The position numbers and the translations under genes are program-made. Source: a virus (Duplodnaviria > Heunggongvirae > Uroviricota > Caudoviricetes). From it: a stretch of 40,323 nucleotides of DNA. The stretch spans positions 1-40,323 of the IMG/VR virus record IMGVR_UViG_650377933_000001; one strand, given 5' to 3'. Below, piece by piece: positions 1 through 7,999 of this stretch. The number at the start of each line of letters is the position of its first letter. Position 1 is the first letter of the stretch. The notes under the pieces are model-generated. The model did not search any database. It was not told the DNA's origin and was given only the letters and a program-made list of their open reading frames with translations.

Positions 1-1074
1 TCATTTGTCGATTTCAATTTTGTCCCATTCACGCCCACGACTGTCCCTATACCGCGCCGCCATTGAATCTGATTTATGCCCGAGAAGACGTTGAGCAAAC
101 TTATCGCCAATCTGATTCCGGTATAGCCTCGCCGACAGGCTACGCAGTTCATGGAATGTTGGCGGGTCTCCATCAAATGAGAGTCCAGATACATTTCTCG
201 CCTTTGTAAAATACTTAGATACTGTTTTCGGGGAAAGCGGTTCGTGATGCGTTGATGCAATTATTGTTTCACTGCCGCTGGCCTCCCTGCATTTCTGTAG
301 TGTATCAGCCAATGAGATATTGAGCGCGTCAATCGTTAGCATCAGCGGAATGGCGAGCTTAGTACCTGTTTTACCCTGCTCAATGTGAAGATGGTTGTCG
401 TTTATGTCTGACCATTTCATTCTACATAAATCGCCTACTCTCTGCCCTGTAACGACAGCCAAATCCATTGCCAGCCTCAGCCAGATTGGGAGCGGTTCGG
501 CTGCATGGTAAATCGCGACATATTCATTAGCTGTCAGCCTTGAGCGCCTTACTTCTGACTTTGCTGTGCGGGTTGCTGTTACCGGATTCGTTTCCACATG
601 CCCCTCGGCTATTGCCTCACGAAAAACGTCAACAAGGGTTGACCTGATTAATTTTGCGGAAGCTGCTTTACCTTCTGCTACGTAGGTGTTTAGCATTGCT
701 GCCACTTCTTTCGTTGATATGTCAGTGAGCGGTTTGTCCGGCAATTTTCTTCGGATTACCCTGATTTTGCTGGCGTAGTCGAGTAGAGTTTTCGGTCTGA
801 TACCCCTCTCGCTGAGGATTGTTTCATATCGGTCAAGCCACGCATGAAGAGTGATTGCGTCAGCGCCTTTAATTCTGTCTATCAGTGACTCACGCCTGTT
901 CTCGGATAGCAACTCAATATTGGCCTGAATAGCCTCTGAAACTGCTATCCTTCTGTCTCTGCCTAATCCAAACTCTTTACCCGTCCTTGGGTCCCTGTAG
1001 CAGTAATATCCATTGTTTCTTATATAAAGGTTAGGGGGTAAATCCCGGCGCTCATGACTTCTCCTTCTTCCCAT
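1..1074 (-). CDS. int: Tyrosine integrase, lambda Int family
   Basis: 357-aa translation starting MGRRRSHERRDLPPNLYIRNNGYYCYRDPRTGKEFGLGRDRR, near-identical to my recollection of lambda Int, with C-terminal HELRSL...LLGH...Y catalytic motifs. Confidence 0.95.
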   Translation of the reverse strand: MGRRRSHERRDLPPNLYIRNNGYYCYRDPRTGKEFGLGRDRRIAVSEAIQANIELLSENRRESLIDRIKGADAITLHAWLDRYETILSERGIRPKTLLDYASKIRVIRRKLPDKPLTDISTKEVAAMLNTYVAEGKAASAKLIRSTLVDVFREAIAEGHVETNPVTATRTAKSEVRRSRLTANEYVAIYHAAEPLPIWLRLAMDLAVVTGQRVGDLCRMKWSDINDNHLHIEQGKTGTKLAIPLMLTIDALNISLADTLQKCREASGSETIIASTHHEPLSPKTVSKYFTKARNVSGLSFDGDPPTFHELRSLSARLYRNQIGDKFAQRLLGHKSDSMAARYRDSRGREWDKIEIDK

Positions 1075-1270
1075 TTCTGATCCTCTTCAAAAGGCTACCT
1101 GTTACTGGTCGATTTAAGTCAACCTTTACCGCTGATTCGTGGAACAGATACTCTCTTCCATCCTTAACCGGTGGTGGGAATATCCTGCATTCGCGCACCC
1201 ATCGACGAACTGTTTCAAGGCTTCTTGGGCGTCGCTGGCGTGCGTTCCACTCCTGAAGTGTCAAGTACAT
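1052..1270 (-). CDS. xis: Excisionase
   Basis: 72-aa translation MYLTLQEWNARQRRPRSLETVRRWVRECRIFPPPVKDGREYLFHESAVKVDL matches recalled lambda Xis; 3' end overlaps the int start as in lambda. Confidence 0.9.
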   Translation of the reverse strand: MYLTLQEWNARQRRPRSLETVRRWVRECRIFPPPVKDGREYLFHESAVKVDLNRPVTGSLLKRIRNGKKEKS

Positions 1271-1375
1271 CGCAAAGTCTCCGCAATTACACGCAAGAAA
1301 AGCCGCATTGATGCGGCAATGGTAGGTCTGGATATCTTGAGAAATGAACGGGCCTCATCGAGTGTGAGGCTGTGG

Positions 1376-1720
1376 TTAGTCCTTGCGTAGCTCGCTAATT
1401 CTTCTGTAAGTCTCTGGTGCTTTGTTTCCGTGTATCTTCATTTCAGACTTCAACAGAGCAACGAGAGAATCCCATTCGTTGAGGATGCCTTTGAATGCCG
1501 GAACGCGCTTTGCAACCTTGTCGAATGAATCCCTGATTTCTGGAATCTGCTCGACAAGCGCAACGCATCGTCGGAAATCGGCTGCGTCATGTGGAGCACC
1601 GAAGCTATGACCATAGATATTCTTTTTCAGTCCACATGCGATTGAGGCAAGAGTTGCGCTACTGATGCCAACATCGCCAGTCGATTGCCATTTCAAAACC
1701 TTCATAGCCAAATCTGACAT
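1376..1720 (-). CDS. Hypothetical protein (114 aa), ea-region accessory gene
   Basis: Intact ORF with GGAG 8 nt upstream of ATG; immediately downstream of an intrinsic terminator. No family recognised. Confidence 0.55.
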   Translation of the reverse strand: MSDLAMKVLKWQSTGDVGISSATLASIACGLKKNIYGHSFGAPHDAADFRRCVALVEQIPEIRDSFDKVAKRVPAFKGILNEWDSLVALLKSEMKIHGNKAPETYRRISELRKD

Positions 1721-1730
1721 TTCTTGTCTC

Positions 1731-1756
1731 CAATAAAAAAACCGCCATCAGGCGGC
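1731..1756 (-). terminator. Rho-independent terminator (minus strand)
   Basis: Minus strand reads GCCGCC-TGAT-GGCGG followed by TTTTTTTTATT; sits at the stop of the small ORF at 1748-1915. Confidence 0.5.
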
Positions 1757-1915
1757 TTGGTGTTCTTTCAGTTCTTCAATTCGAATATTGGTTACGTCTG
1801 CATGTGCTATCTGCGCCCACAGCATCCAGTGGTCATAGCAGTCGTTGATGTTCTCTGCTTCGATAACTCTGTTGAATGGTTCTCCATTCCATTCACCTGT
1901 GACTCGGAAGTGCAT
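1748..1915 (-). CDS. Small hypothetical protein (55 aa, MHFRVTGEWNGEPF...)
   Basis: ORF below the 60-aa track cutoff, found by manual translation; GGAG 8 nt upstream of ATG; stop codon lies in the terminator loop. Confidence 0.4.
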   Translation of the reverse strand: MHFRVTGEWNGEPFNRVIEAENINDCYDHWMLWAQIAHADVTNIRIEELKEHQAA

Positions 1916-1987
1916 TTATCATCTCCATAAAACAAAACTCGCCGTAGCGAGTTCAGATAAAAGAAATCCCCGCGAGTTCGAGGATTG

Positions 1988-2272
1988 TTATTCATTGCCG
2001 ATATTCACCTTTATCGCGAACACCTTTACCGGTTTATCACCGAAGTGCGGATGTGTGATTGTCTTGATTTCATATCCGTCATACGGGACGTCAATTCTGC
2101 GGCAGGAATCGTCGCGCTTCGGATATCCCTTTGTGATAATCAGGCGGTCATACTCCCGGAACATAATTCGCTTATTCCAGTAGTCATTACACAGGCGATA
2201 CTCTTCCGTTTTCTCGCCTGACTTCATCTGGTCGAAATATTCACCTTTGACGGCAAGTTGCAGGTTAGCCAT
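1988..2272 (-). CDS. Hypothetical protein, ASCH-like (94 aa from MANLQL start)
   Basis: ORF-track translation; start chosen at ATG with GGAGGTG RBS that overlaps the upstream stop (TAATG). ASCH-like call is from memory of similar prophage proteins. Confidence 0.5.
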   Translation of the reverse strand: MANLQLAVKGEYFDQMKSGEKTEEYRLCNDYWNKRIMFREYDRLIITKGYPKRDDSCRRIDVPYDGYEIKTITHPHFGDKPVKVFAIKVNIGNE

Positions 2273-2532
2273 TACCGCACCTCCAGTCTCCATACCGCCT
2301 GACCAATCCGGCTGGCATAGGTATCTTTGGATACTGCTCCGTCTTTAGCCAGCTCCATAAGAATTTTGCGCAAATCTGCCGAACGCCATTCTTCATCAGG
2401 AAATTCCTTCTCCATTGCCAACCGCAGATTCCAGGTTGCCATCCTGAATGGATATTCCCCGCCGAGAGCTTTATCTTGCAGGGCAGCCCGGGAACGCATC
2501 ACCTGCAAAATCTTCTCTTTGACATCCATCAT
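2272..2532 (-). CDS. Hypothetical protein (86 aa)
   Basis: ORF with GAGG RBS; start ATG overlaps the stop of the upstream gene (ATGA). Confidence 0.5.
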   Translation of the reverse strand: MMDVKEKILQVMRSRAALQDKALGGEYPFRMATWNLRLAMEKEFPDEEWRSADLRKILMELAKDGAVSKDTYASRIGQAVWRLEVR

Positions 2533-3167
2533 TTTGCCTCCTGAGGCGGTTCCGGTAGAGGCATCCAGAACAAGGCGTTCCCTAACCACGATAAAGTGCC
2601 GTCGCTCAACTCCACGTATTCCTCTTGTACCTGTCCTGCCATATACTCGCCGTGCTTTGAATAAATTAAAATCCAGTCATCTTGAGCGGGCATTCGCTCA
2701 CTACAGCTTATCCAACCATCCGGAGTTACCGGAGCGTTGCCACCGGGAATATTTTCCGGAATATTTTGTTGTGCGTTTTGTGGTTGTTCGGATTTACCCT
2801 GAAGCATGGCGGCGCGGCAGGCGTTCCAGCCAGCTGTTCGCCCAAGCGCGTAAACTTCAGATGGCTCAAGATAATCAATGTCATGCCCATCCTCATCGTC
2901 GTTCTCAGGTAATGCAGCAGGTACTACCGGTACTGGCGGAGCGGCGTAGACTTCAATAATCCCATTATCAATAGGCCATTCCCCATCCTTGATGTAGTCA
3001 CTTGTGCCGTCAACTTGCTGTTCTGCAATGTGGAATGCACCAACTGGCTCTGCCTCAAGCGAGGCCAGTGCAATTCGTGCCAGTTCCATTTGTTCGCCAC
3101 GGGTAAGCCCGTTTTCAAGCGGGGATTTAATGAACAATTCGATACGTTCTTTAGTGATAGTGCTCAT
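2529..3167 (-). CDS. Hypothetical phage protein with DUF551-like C-terminus (212 aa)
   Basis: Start taken at MSTITKERIE, 1 nt after the upstream stop; C-terminal ...DGTLSWLGNALFWMPLPEPP resembles the DUF551 region as I recall it. Confidence 0.55.
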   Translation of the reverse strand: MSTITKERIELFIKSPLENGLTRGEQMELARIALASLEAEPVGAFHIAEQQVDGTSDYIKDGEWPIDNGIIEVYAAPPVPVVPAALPENDDEDGHDIDYLEPSEVYALGRTAGWNACRAAMLQGKSEQPQNAQQNIPENIPGGNAPVTPDGWISCSERMPAQDDWILIYSKHGEYMAGQVQEEYVELSDGTLSWLGNALFWMPLPEPPQEAK

Positions 3168-3168
3168 A

Positions 3169-3771
3169 TCACTCTCCTTTGATGCGAATGCCAGCGGCGC
3201 GGATAGATTTCCATTGTTTCCACATTCGGTTGAAGTCTGTGCCTGATAAGGTTGCGTTACGGTATCCAGTTTCGGTGCGCAATCCTTCAAGCGTCGATTT
3301 GGAGATACAAATTGAATGCATTACCCATGATTCAAACAAATCACGCTCACGGGCTTCGCAACTTTGCTTACTCATCTCTTCGATACGTTCAGCCATCGCA
3401 GCACACTCTTCAAAGTTGCTTAATGCATTTCGCTCCCATTCGGCGCATTGTTTTCCAAGCTCTGCAATCAGCTTGTCTTTGCCTTCCAGCTCAACACGCA
3501 GCTTCCCTACCGTTAACGCAATATCCTCGTTCTCCTGGTCGCGGCGTTTGATGTACTGCTGGTTTCTTTCCCGTTCATCCAGTAGTGCCAGCACGGTTTC
3601 TGGTCCGGCCAGAAATTTGAAGGCGTTGAGCGCATCAATATCCACACCGTAATCTTTAAGTTCCTGTTCACTTAACAAATCATCATCAGCTGGCAACATT
3701 AACAGGCGTTCCATCGCTGGAATTGCACGTTCCGCCGCCTCACGCAGTGCCTGATAGTTAATTTGGGTCAC
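3169..3771 (-). CDS. Ead/Ea22-like coiled-coil protein (200 aa)
   Basis: ORF-track translation; GTG start overlapping the upstream stop (GTGA) with GGAGG upstream; acidic coiled-coil character typical of Ea22-like proteins. Confidence 0.55.
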   Translation of the reverse strand: MTQINYQALREAAERAIPAMERLLMLPADDDLLSEQELKDYGVDIDALNAFKFLAGPETVLALLDERERNQQYIKRRDQENEDIALTVGKLRVELEGKDKLIAELGKQCAEWERNALSNFEECAAMAERIEEMSKQSCEARERDLFESWVMHSICISKSTLEGLRTETGYRNATLSGTDFNRMWKQWKSIRAAGIRIKGE

Positions 3772-3992
3772 TCTTCATCCTCCAAGTCGGCAACGGCGTC
3801 CATCACATCAGAACCGCGAATAACCTCAAAAGCACGGCAGGCCATTTGAAATACCAGTTGCTCTTGCGGATGCGGTGATTCCCAATATTTGAATCCAGGG
3901 CGATGCGCGTACCCCATCATTGAATAAAAATCACCAGCAAGCTTAATCGCGGCATCAACAAGCTCTCTGTTAGTCATTCTTTTTCCGCTCAC
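3768..3992 (-). CDS. Hypothetical protein (about 74 aa, GTG start)
   Basis: AGGAGG RBS 6 nt upstream of a GTG that overlaps the upstream stop (GTGA). Confidence 0.45.
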   Translation of the reverse strand: MSGKRMTNRELVDAAIKLAGDFYSMMGYAHRPGFKYWESPHPQEQLVFQMACRAFEVIRGSDVMDAVADLEDEE

Positions 3993-4156
3993 TGGTTGCC
4001 TCCTTTGCGCCACATCGCATTCAGATATTTGTTTTGATTTACTGATGGAAAAGAATTTCTCTTAAGCAATTCCTCTCTCGATGGCATTGGCTTTACGCGT
4101 TGGCGAATAATCATTTCTGCCGGAAGAATGCCGGGATTGTATGCAAGTCCTCTCAT
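3989..4156 (-). CDS. Small hypothetical protein (55 aa, MRGLAYNPG...)
   Basis: GAGGAA RBS 7 nt upstream of ATG; stop coupled to the downstream GTG start. The longer 106-aa track ORF overlaps abc2 and is not favoured. Confidence 0.3.
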   Translation of the reverse strand: MRGLAYNPGILPAEMIIRQRVKPMPSREELLKRNSFPSVNQNKYLNAMWRKGGNQ

Positions 4157-4166
4157 GGTAAATTCC

Positions 4167-4463
4167 TCAGTCATTACTGATAGCGCCATAGCGTGATCGA
4201 TAATTACGCAGGCGCGGGTCGATATATTCAGGGAAGTGGGTATATGTGGCTTTGCGGAATGGTCGGATTGATGTCTGGTAAATTCGCTCGCGCTCTTCTT
4301 TCTCTGCAAGCCATATACAGTGGCGAAATTCCTTTTCCTCTTTTGTTTCCTGCGGTAGCGACATTATCCGGTCGTAGTTTTTTCTGAATTTATCCAGCAC
4401 CTCCGATACGGAATTGCCGGAACAGCGGCGCGGGTCATCCGCACCATACAGAGGCGCTGGCAT
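4167..4463 (-). CDS. abc2: Anti-RecBCD protein Abc2
   Basis: 98-aa translation [31 protein letters not shown]... matches my recollection of P22 Abc2; located next to erf as in P22. Confidence 0.65.
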   Translation of the reverse strand: MPAPLYGADDPRRCSGNSVSEVLDKFRKNYDRIMSLPQETKEEKEFRHCIWLAEKEERERIYQTSIRPFRKATYTHFPEYIDPRLRNYRSRYGAISND

Positions 4464-4486
4464 AATGGAATCCTTATTTTTCTAAA

Positions 4487-4870
4487 TCAGAATGGGATGG
4501 AATCGTCGTATACAGGAGTGTTCTGCTGGTTACTACTTTGCTGCTGCGGGCCATTTCCTGAAGCTGCAAATCCAATCTTTGCATTCAGTAATTCAAGAGT
4601 GATTGATTGACCATTTTGCCCCTGATAAACATCAACCCTGATGTTTTCTCCGGTAATTTCCACAATGCCACCTTCAACAAGAACACTACGGTAGTAATCC
4701 GCTTGCGCTCCCGGCTTGGCAAATACAACGGCGCTGTAGTTTGTCCATTCTTTCTTTTTTGTCTGGCGATCGTAATACTGAACTCCAGCACGGATGTTGA
4801 ATCCGATATTTTCCCCGGCCTGAAACTCTCTTGCGGGCTTGTTTAGTCTTACAGTAATCGAATGTGCCAT
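4487..4870 (-). CDS. ssb: Single-stranded DNA-binding protein (phage SSB)
   Basis: Start MAHSITVRLN overlaps the erf stop (TAATG); C-terminal acidic tail ...PVYDDSIPF is the hallmark SSB tail; Gly/Gln-rich linker. Confidence 0.75.
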   Translation of the reverse strand: MAHSITVRLNKPAREFQAGENIGFNIRAGVQYYDRQTKKKEWTNYSAVVFAKPGAQADYYRSVLVEGGIVEITGENIRVDVYQGQNGQSITLELLNAKIGFAASGNGPQQQSSNQQNTPVYDDSIPF

Positions 4871-5475
4871 TAAGCAGCCGCTCCTTCTAATTCGTCTCGT
4901 CTGATGTTGTAAACGTCCTGCGCTTTGTGCTGCTCCGGTGTGCCTTCGAGCATCTTCCACGCTTTGGCGAACGCCTGTTTAAGCTCTTCCACGGTGTTTT
5001 TCTGCAATGCTGCGTCAGTGAATGCTTTTAGAACCTGTTCAGGTGTAGGTGATGGTTTTGATTGCTTTGCTGCTGCGTTCTGCTGATGTTTATGCTCGTC
5101 GGTATCTGCATCTTTCGCATCATCAATGCCGAACAAACCATTGAGGCAATACTTGCGTGCATAAGAGCTTGTGGCTCCCGTAACTTGTGCAGAATCCATT
5201 CCTTTCTTGCTTTCTTCCTCTCGTGCAAGAGCGGTTGCCGTATGACTGTTTTCGCCATCGGTAATAGTTGCCGTGGCTTTCACGTAATACCGATCACCAA
5301 TCAACACAACTTCATCGCTGATTGATAAAAACAGGCCATTAAGCAGCGGCTTAACGCCTTCAAGAATATCTTCGCAGCTTCTGTATTTATATTTACCGAA
5401 TGAGTTGTACTGATTCTTTGGCGCGTTCAGATTCTCCTGAATAGCTGCCAGTCTTGCGTAAAATTCTTTGCTCAT
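4870..5475 (-). CDS. erf: Erf-family single-strand annealing recombinase
   Basis: Translation from MSKEFYARLAAIQENLNAPKNQYNSFGKYKYRSCEDILEGVKPLL matches recalled P22 Erf; the longer track ORF has an unsupported N-terminal extension. Confidence 0.85.
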   Translation of the reverse strand: MSKEFYARLAAIQENLNAPKNQYNSFGKYKYRSCEDILEGVKPLLNGLFLSISDEVVLIGDRYYVKATATITDGENSHTATALAREEESKKGMDSAQVTGATSSYARKYCLNGLFGIDDAKDADTDEHKHQQNAAAKQSKPSPTPEQVLKAFTDAALQKNTVEELKQAFAKAWKMLEGTPEQHKAQDVYNIRRDELEGAAA

Positions 5476-5485
5476 ATGATTGTTC

Positions 5486-5656
5486 TCAGAATGGACATGG
5501 CCCAAGGAAATAACGCTGATTTAATACTTCGACTCGGGACAAGTTAAGGAATACCCGCATTCCTTCGCGGTCACCATTATGGCGATACCAGAGAGCTTTC
5601 TGCGTGTACATGCGTCTCTGTAACTTGCTCTCCTTCACTGTGGTTGCAAGTGACAT
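5486..5656 (-). CDS. Small ORF (56 aa, MSLATTVKESK...), arf-position candidate
   Basis: Manual translation; AAGGAG RBS 7 nt upstream. Overlaps the 5577-5735 ORF in another frame, so only one is likely real. Confidence 0.3.
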   Translation of the reverse strand: MSLATTVKESKLQRRMYTQKALWYRHNGDREGMRVFLNLSRVEVLNQRYFLGPCPF

Positions 5657-5735
5657 GAATATCTCCTTCGTTATCGATTAATTCTTTCATCTGACGAATG
5701 AATTCTTCGTCTGACCAGTTATCTGTAAAACTCAT
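5577..5735 (-). CDS. Small ORF (52 aa, MSFTDNWSDEEF...), arf-position candidate
   Basis: Manual translation; ATG overlaps the kil stop (ATGA), suggesting translational coupling. Competes with the 5486-5656 ORF. Confidence 0.3.
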   Translation of the reverse strand: MSFTDNWSDEEFIRQMKELIDNEGDIHVTCNHSEGEQVTETHVHAESSLVSP

Positions 5736-5884
5736 TTCCTGCGATACCACGGAAGGTTGATAGCTGATTTCATCGCTTTATTTGCTTCAAGCCACATTTT
5801 TGAATCACCAATAAATCTGGCTATTACTGCTTTGTTCTGTGCAGCACGAAGCATCTGGTGATTGATGGCTATTTCATTGCGCAT
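5732..5884 (-). CDS. kil: Kil-like host division inhibitor (50 aa)
   Basis: Manual translation MRNEIAINHQMLRAAQNKAVIARFIGDSKMW... resembles the lambda Kil core as I recall it; lies just downstream of cIII as in lambda/P22. Confidence 0.5.
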   Translation of the reverse strand: MRNEIAINHQMLRAAQNKAVIARFIGDSKMWLEANKAMKSAINLPWYRRK

Positions 5885-6000
5885 AATAAGACCTCAACTC
5901 TTTTCCATCCGTCACGTAATTTACGGGTGATTCGTTCAAGTAAAGATTCATTTAATTGGAAGGCACCCATGCGAGCGCCTCCCGCGATTGCGTAAATCAT
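5869..6000 (-). CDS. cIII: CIII protein (FtsH inhibitor, 43 aa)
   Basis: Manual translation MIYAIAGGARMGAFQLNESLLERITRKLRDGWKRVEV...; the ESLLERITRKLRDGWKR stretch matches the lambda CIII core. Confidence 0.7.
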   Translation of the reverse strand: MIYAIAGGARMGAFQLNESLLERITRKLRDGWKRVEVLLCAMK

Positions 6001-6024
6001 GGGTGGTTCCTTATGTTGGTTTTA

Positions 6025-6993
6025 TTAGTAGGTTATTTTTGTTGCGAATACTTCGCCTTTTACGATGGCTGTTATGATATTTTTAGCAACATCTTCTGAT
6101 GCGCCAACCTTGATAAGGTCAGCAAGTATTTTGTTATTTACTTCTTTCCGGTGAGCTTTATCCTTTGCTCTACACTCTTCCTCTTCCTTGATTCTTTTTT
6201 CTTCTGCTATTCTGGCTTGCTCTTTTGCTTCAGCCTCGCGCCGGATTCGTTCAGCCTCCTCCTGTGCTTTTCGGCGTTCTGCTTCAATTGCCGCCTGCTT
6301 TTCTCTTTCAGCTCGTTCTGCTGCCTCTTTTGCTTCGCGCTGTGCTCGTTGCTCGGCTTCAATGCGTTCACGCTCTGCACGTTCCGCTGCGGCCTTAGCT
6401 TCTGCTTCTCGCCTTGCTGCTGCTTCAATTTCGTCTTTTGCCTTTGCTTCGGCTTCTGCTCTGGCTTTCTCTTCAGCTTCTCTTTTTAAGCGTTCTTCAT
6501 GCTCTCGCTTTTCCTGCTCCGCTTTGAGTCTTGCCTCTTCTCTTTGGCGGTCAAATTCGCGATCCATCAAAATAGCTATTTCATGGTCAGACTCAATTTG
6601 CTTTGCGAGAGCTTCAGCTGCTGCCTTAGCTTCTTCTTCGGCTTTAATCCGCGCCCGTTCTTCCTCATAATCAGTAAGAGGCTGGCGTGCCTTGGCTTTC
6701 AGCTCATCAAGGCGATCACGCACTGTCTTGCGGTTAGCATCAATTAGCTTTGGAATTTCCTTCAGTTCAGCAACAAGGTCTTTGCCAAGACCATCGAGAT
6801 ATGTTTTCGTCTGCGCAACTTTATACGCCAGAGAAGCGATCTCCTTTCTGCCCTTTGCCGTTGTGATATCAGGCACAAAGGACATAACTTCACGTTCAAC
6901 CTTTTGAAGGATTTCTTCAATCTGGTCGGCAGACTGAAATACAGTCATTGCATTTGCTTTTTCAATAACAACTAAATCTGTTACTTCACTCAT
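6025..6993 (-). CDS. Hypothetical E/A/K/R-rich coiled-coil protein (322 aa)
   Basis: ORF-track translation; GGAGGA RBS; structured N-terminal ~120 aa, then ~180 aa of low-complexity AEAEAKA/ERAERE repeats, then a short C-terminal domain. No family assigned. Confidence 0.6.
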   Translation of the reverse strand: MSEVTDLVVIEKANAMTVFQSADQIEEILQKVEREVMSFVPDITTAKGRKEIASLAYKVAQTKTYLDGLGKDLVAELKEIPKLIDANRKTVRDRLDELKAKARQPLTDYEEERARIKAEEEAKAAAEALAKQIESDHEIAILMDREFDRQREEARLKAEQEKREHEERLKREAEEKARAEAEAKAKDEIEAAARREAEAKAAAERAERERIEAEQRAQREAKEAAERAEREKQAAIEAERRKAQEEAERIRREAEAKEQARIAEEKRIKEEEECRAKDKAHRKEVNNKILADLIKVGASEDVAKNIITAIVKGEVFATKITY

Positions 6994-7003
6994 ATATCCT
7001 CCG

Positions 7004-7034
7004 TCAAAAAATTGCCCTCACACTGGAGGGCAAA
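7004..7034 (-). terminator. Rho-independent terminator (minus strand) upstream of the 322-aa gene
   Basis: Minus strand TTGCCCTC-CAGTGT-GAGGGCAA followed by TTTTTTG, ending a few nt before the RBS of the gene starting at 6993. Confidence 0.5.
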
Positions 7035-7165
7035 GAAGATTTCCAATAATCAGAACAAGTCGGCTCCTGTTTAGTTACGAGCGACATTGCTCCGTGTATT
7101 CACTCGTTGGAATGAATACACAGTGCAGTGTTTATTCTGTTGTTTATGCCAAAGATAAAGGCCGA

Positions 7166-7789
7166 CTATGCGGCCTCGGAAGGAAGTCCAATCATCTTAT
7201 TCAAATCTTCTACCCGTAAAGCAGGAAGTGCTGTACTTGCTTTATCTGCTTCTTTTGGTAGCAATTCTTTGCTTTCAGGCCAAACTTCAATAAGTCGCTT
7301 AACTGTTGTGACTGAGTTTAAAGCAGCCCATACATTTGATTCGATATCCTTTTTCTTGGCTTCAAGTTTTTGTTGCAATGCGCAGATTTCATCAAACCTT
7401 TTTGTTATTTCGTGCTCTGCGTCAAACATGCATTTATCTTTGGTCGGAGTAGGGAGCAATATATCTTCGCCGTTGCCGTCTTTCCCATATGAATGCCATC
7501 CAACCCTTCTGCCAGATACAGTCAGATAAATTGAAGTAGAACGAACATCGCATGAGTAAAATGAACATCCCAGTTTTTCAAGTTCTTCACTTATAGCTAC
7601 TAACTTGGAATATAAATGATCCACTTCCTCAGTTTTCTTTTTACCGCCAAACGCAATAACTCTGGCGTCAAGTGCAAGCTGGTTCTTTAACTTTGTTACT
7701 TCTTCAAGTTCAGTGAAAACCCCAGACTTAATTAAAGCGTTACGAGCGATTTCCTCTTTCATTCTCGTAGTTAAGCGGATTGATGACAT
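7166..7789 (-). CDS. Hypothetical protein (207 aa), pL-operon accessory gene
   Basis: Start chosen at MSSIRLTTRMKEE with GAGG 8 nt upstream; no recognisable catalytic motif by eye. Confidence 0.55.
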   Translation of the reverse strand: MSSIRLTTRMKEEIARNALIKSGVFTELEEVTKLKNQLALDARVIAFGGKKKTEEVDHLYSKLVAISEELEKLGCSFYSCDVRSTSIYLTVSGRRVGWHSYGKDGNGEDILLPTPTKDKCMFDAEHEITKRFDEICALQQKLEAKKKDIESNVWAALNSVTTVKRLIEVWPESKELLPKEADKASTALPALRVEDLNKMIGLPSEAA

Positions 7790-7999
7790 ATTAATTCCTC
7801 TCAAATAAGTGGTTTGCTGCCTAATTTCATTTTCTGGCGACCAACACAAGTCACACCCATTTCACTGCGTGGCTTGCGGTAGTAAAGATTGTGCCTGTCT
7901 TTTAACCACATCAGGCTCGGTGGTTCTCGTGTACCCCTACAGCGAGAAATCGGATAAACTCTATTCACCCCCTACAGAGAGAATGATGGAGATTCACCG

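Noticed and set aside
1139-1390. 83-aa plus-strand ORF overlapping xis
   Set aside because: Antisense to the well-supported xis gene and the int/xis junction.
6151-6670. Plus-strand ORFs (6151-6489, 6188-6670) and a nested minus-strand ORF (6207-6428) with Ser/Ala/Phe/Cys-rich translations
   Set aside because: They lie within or opposite the low-complexity repeat region of the 322-aa minus-strand gene. Repetitive gct/gaa codons give long open frames on every strand and phase; there are no start signals and the compositions are implausible.
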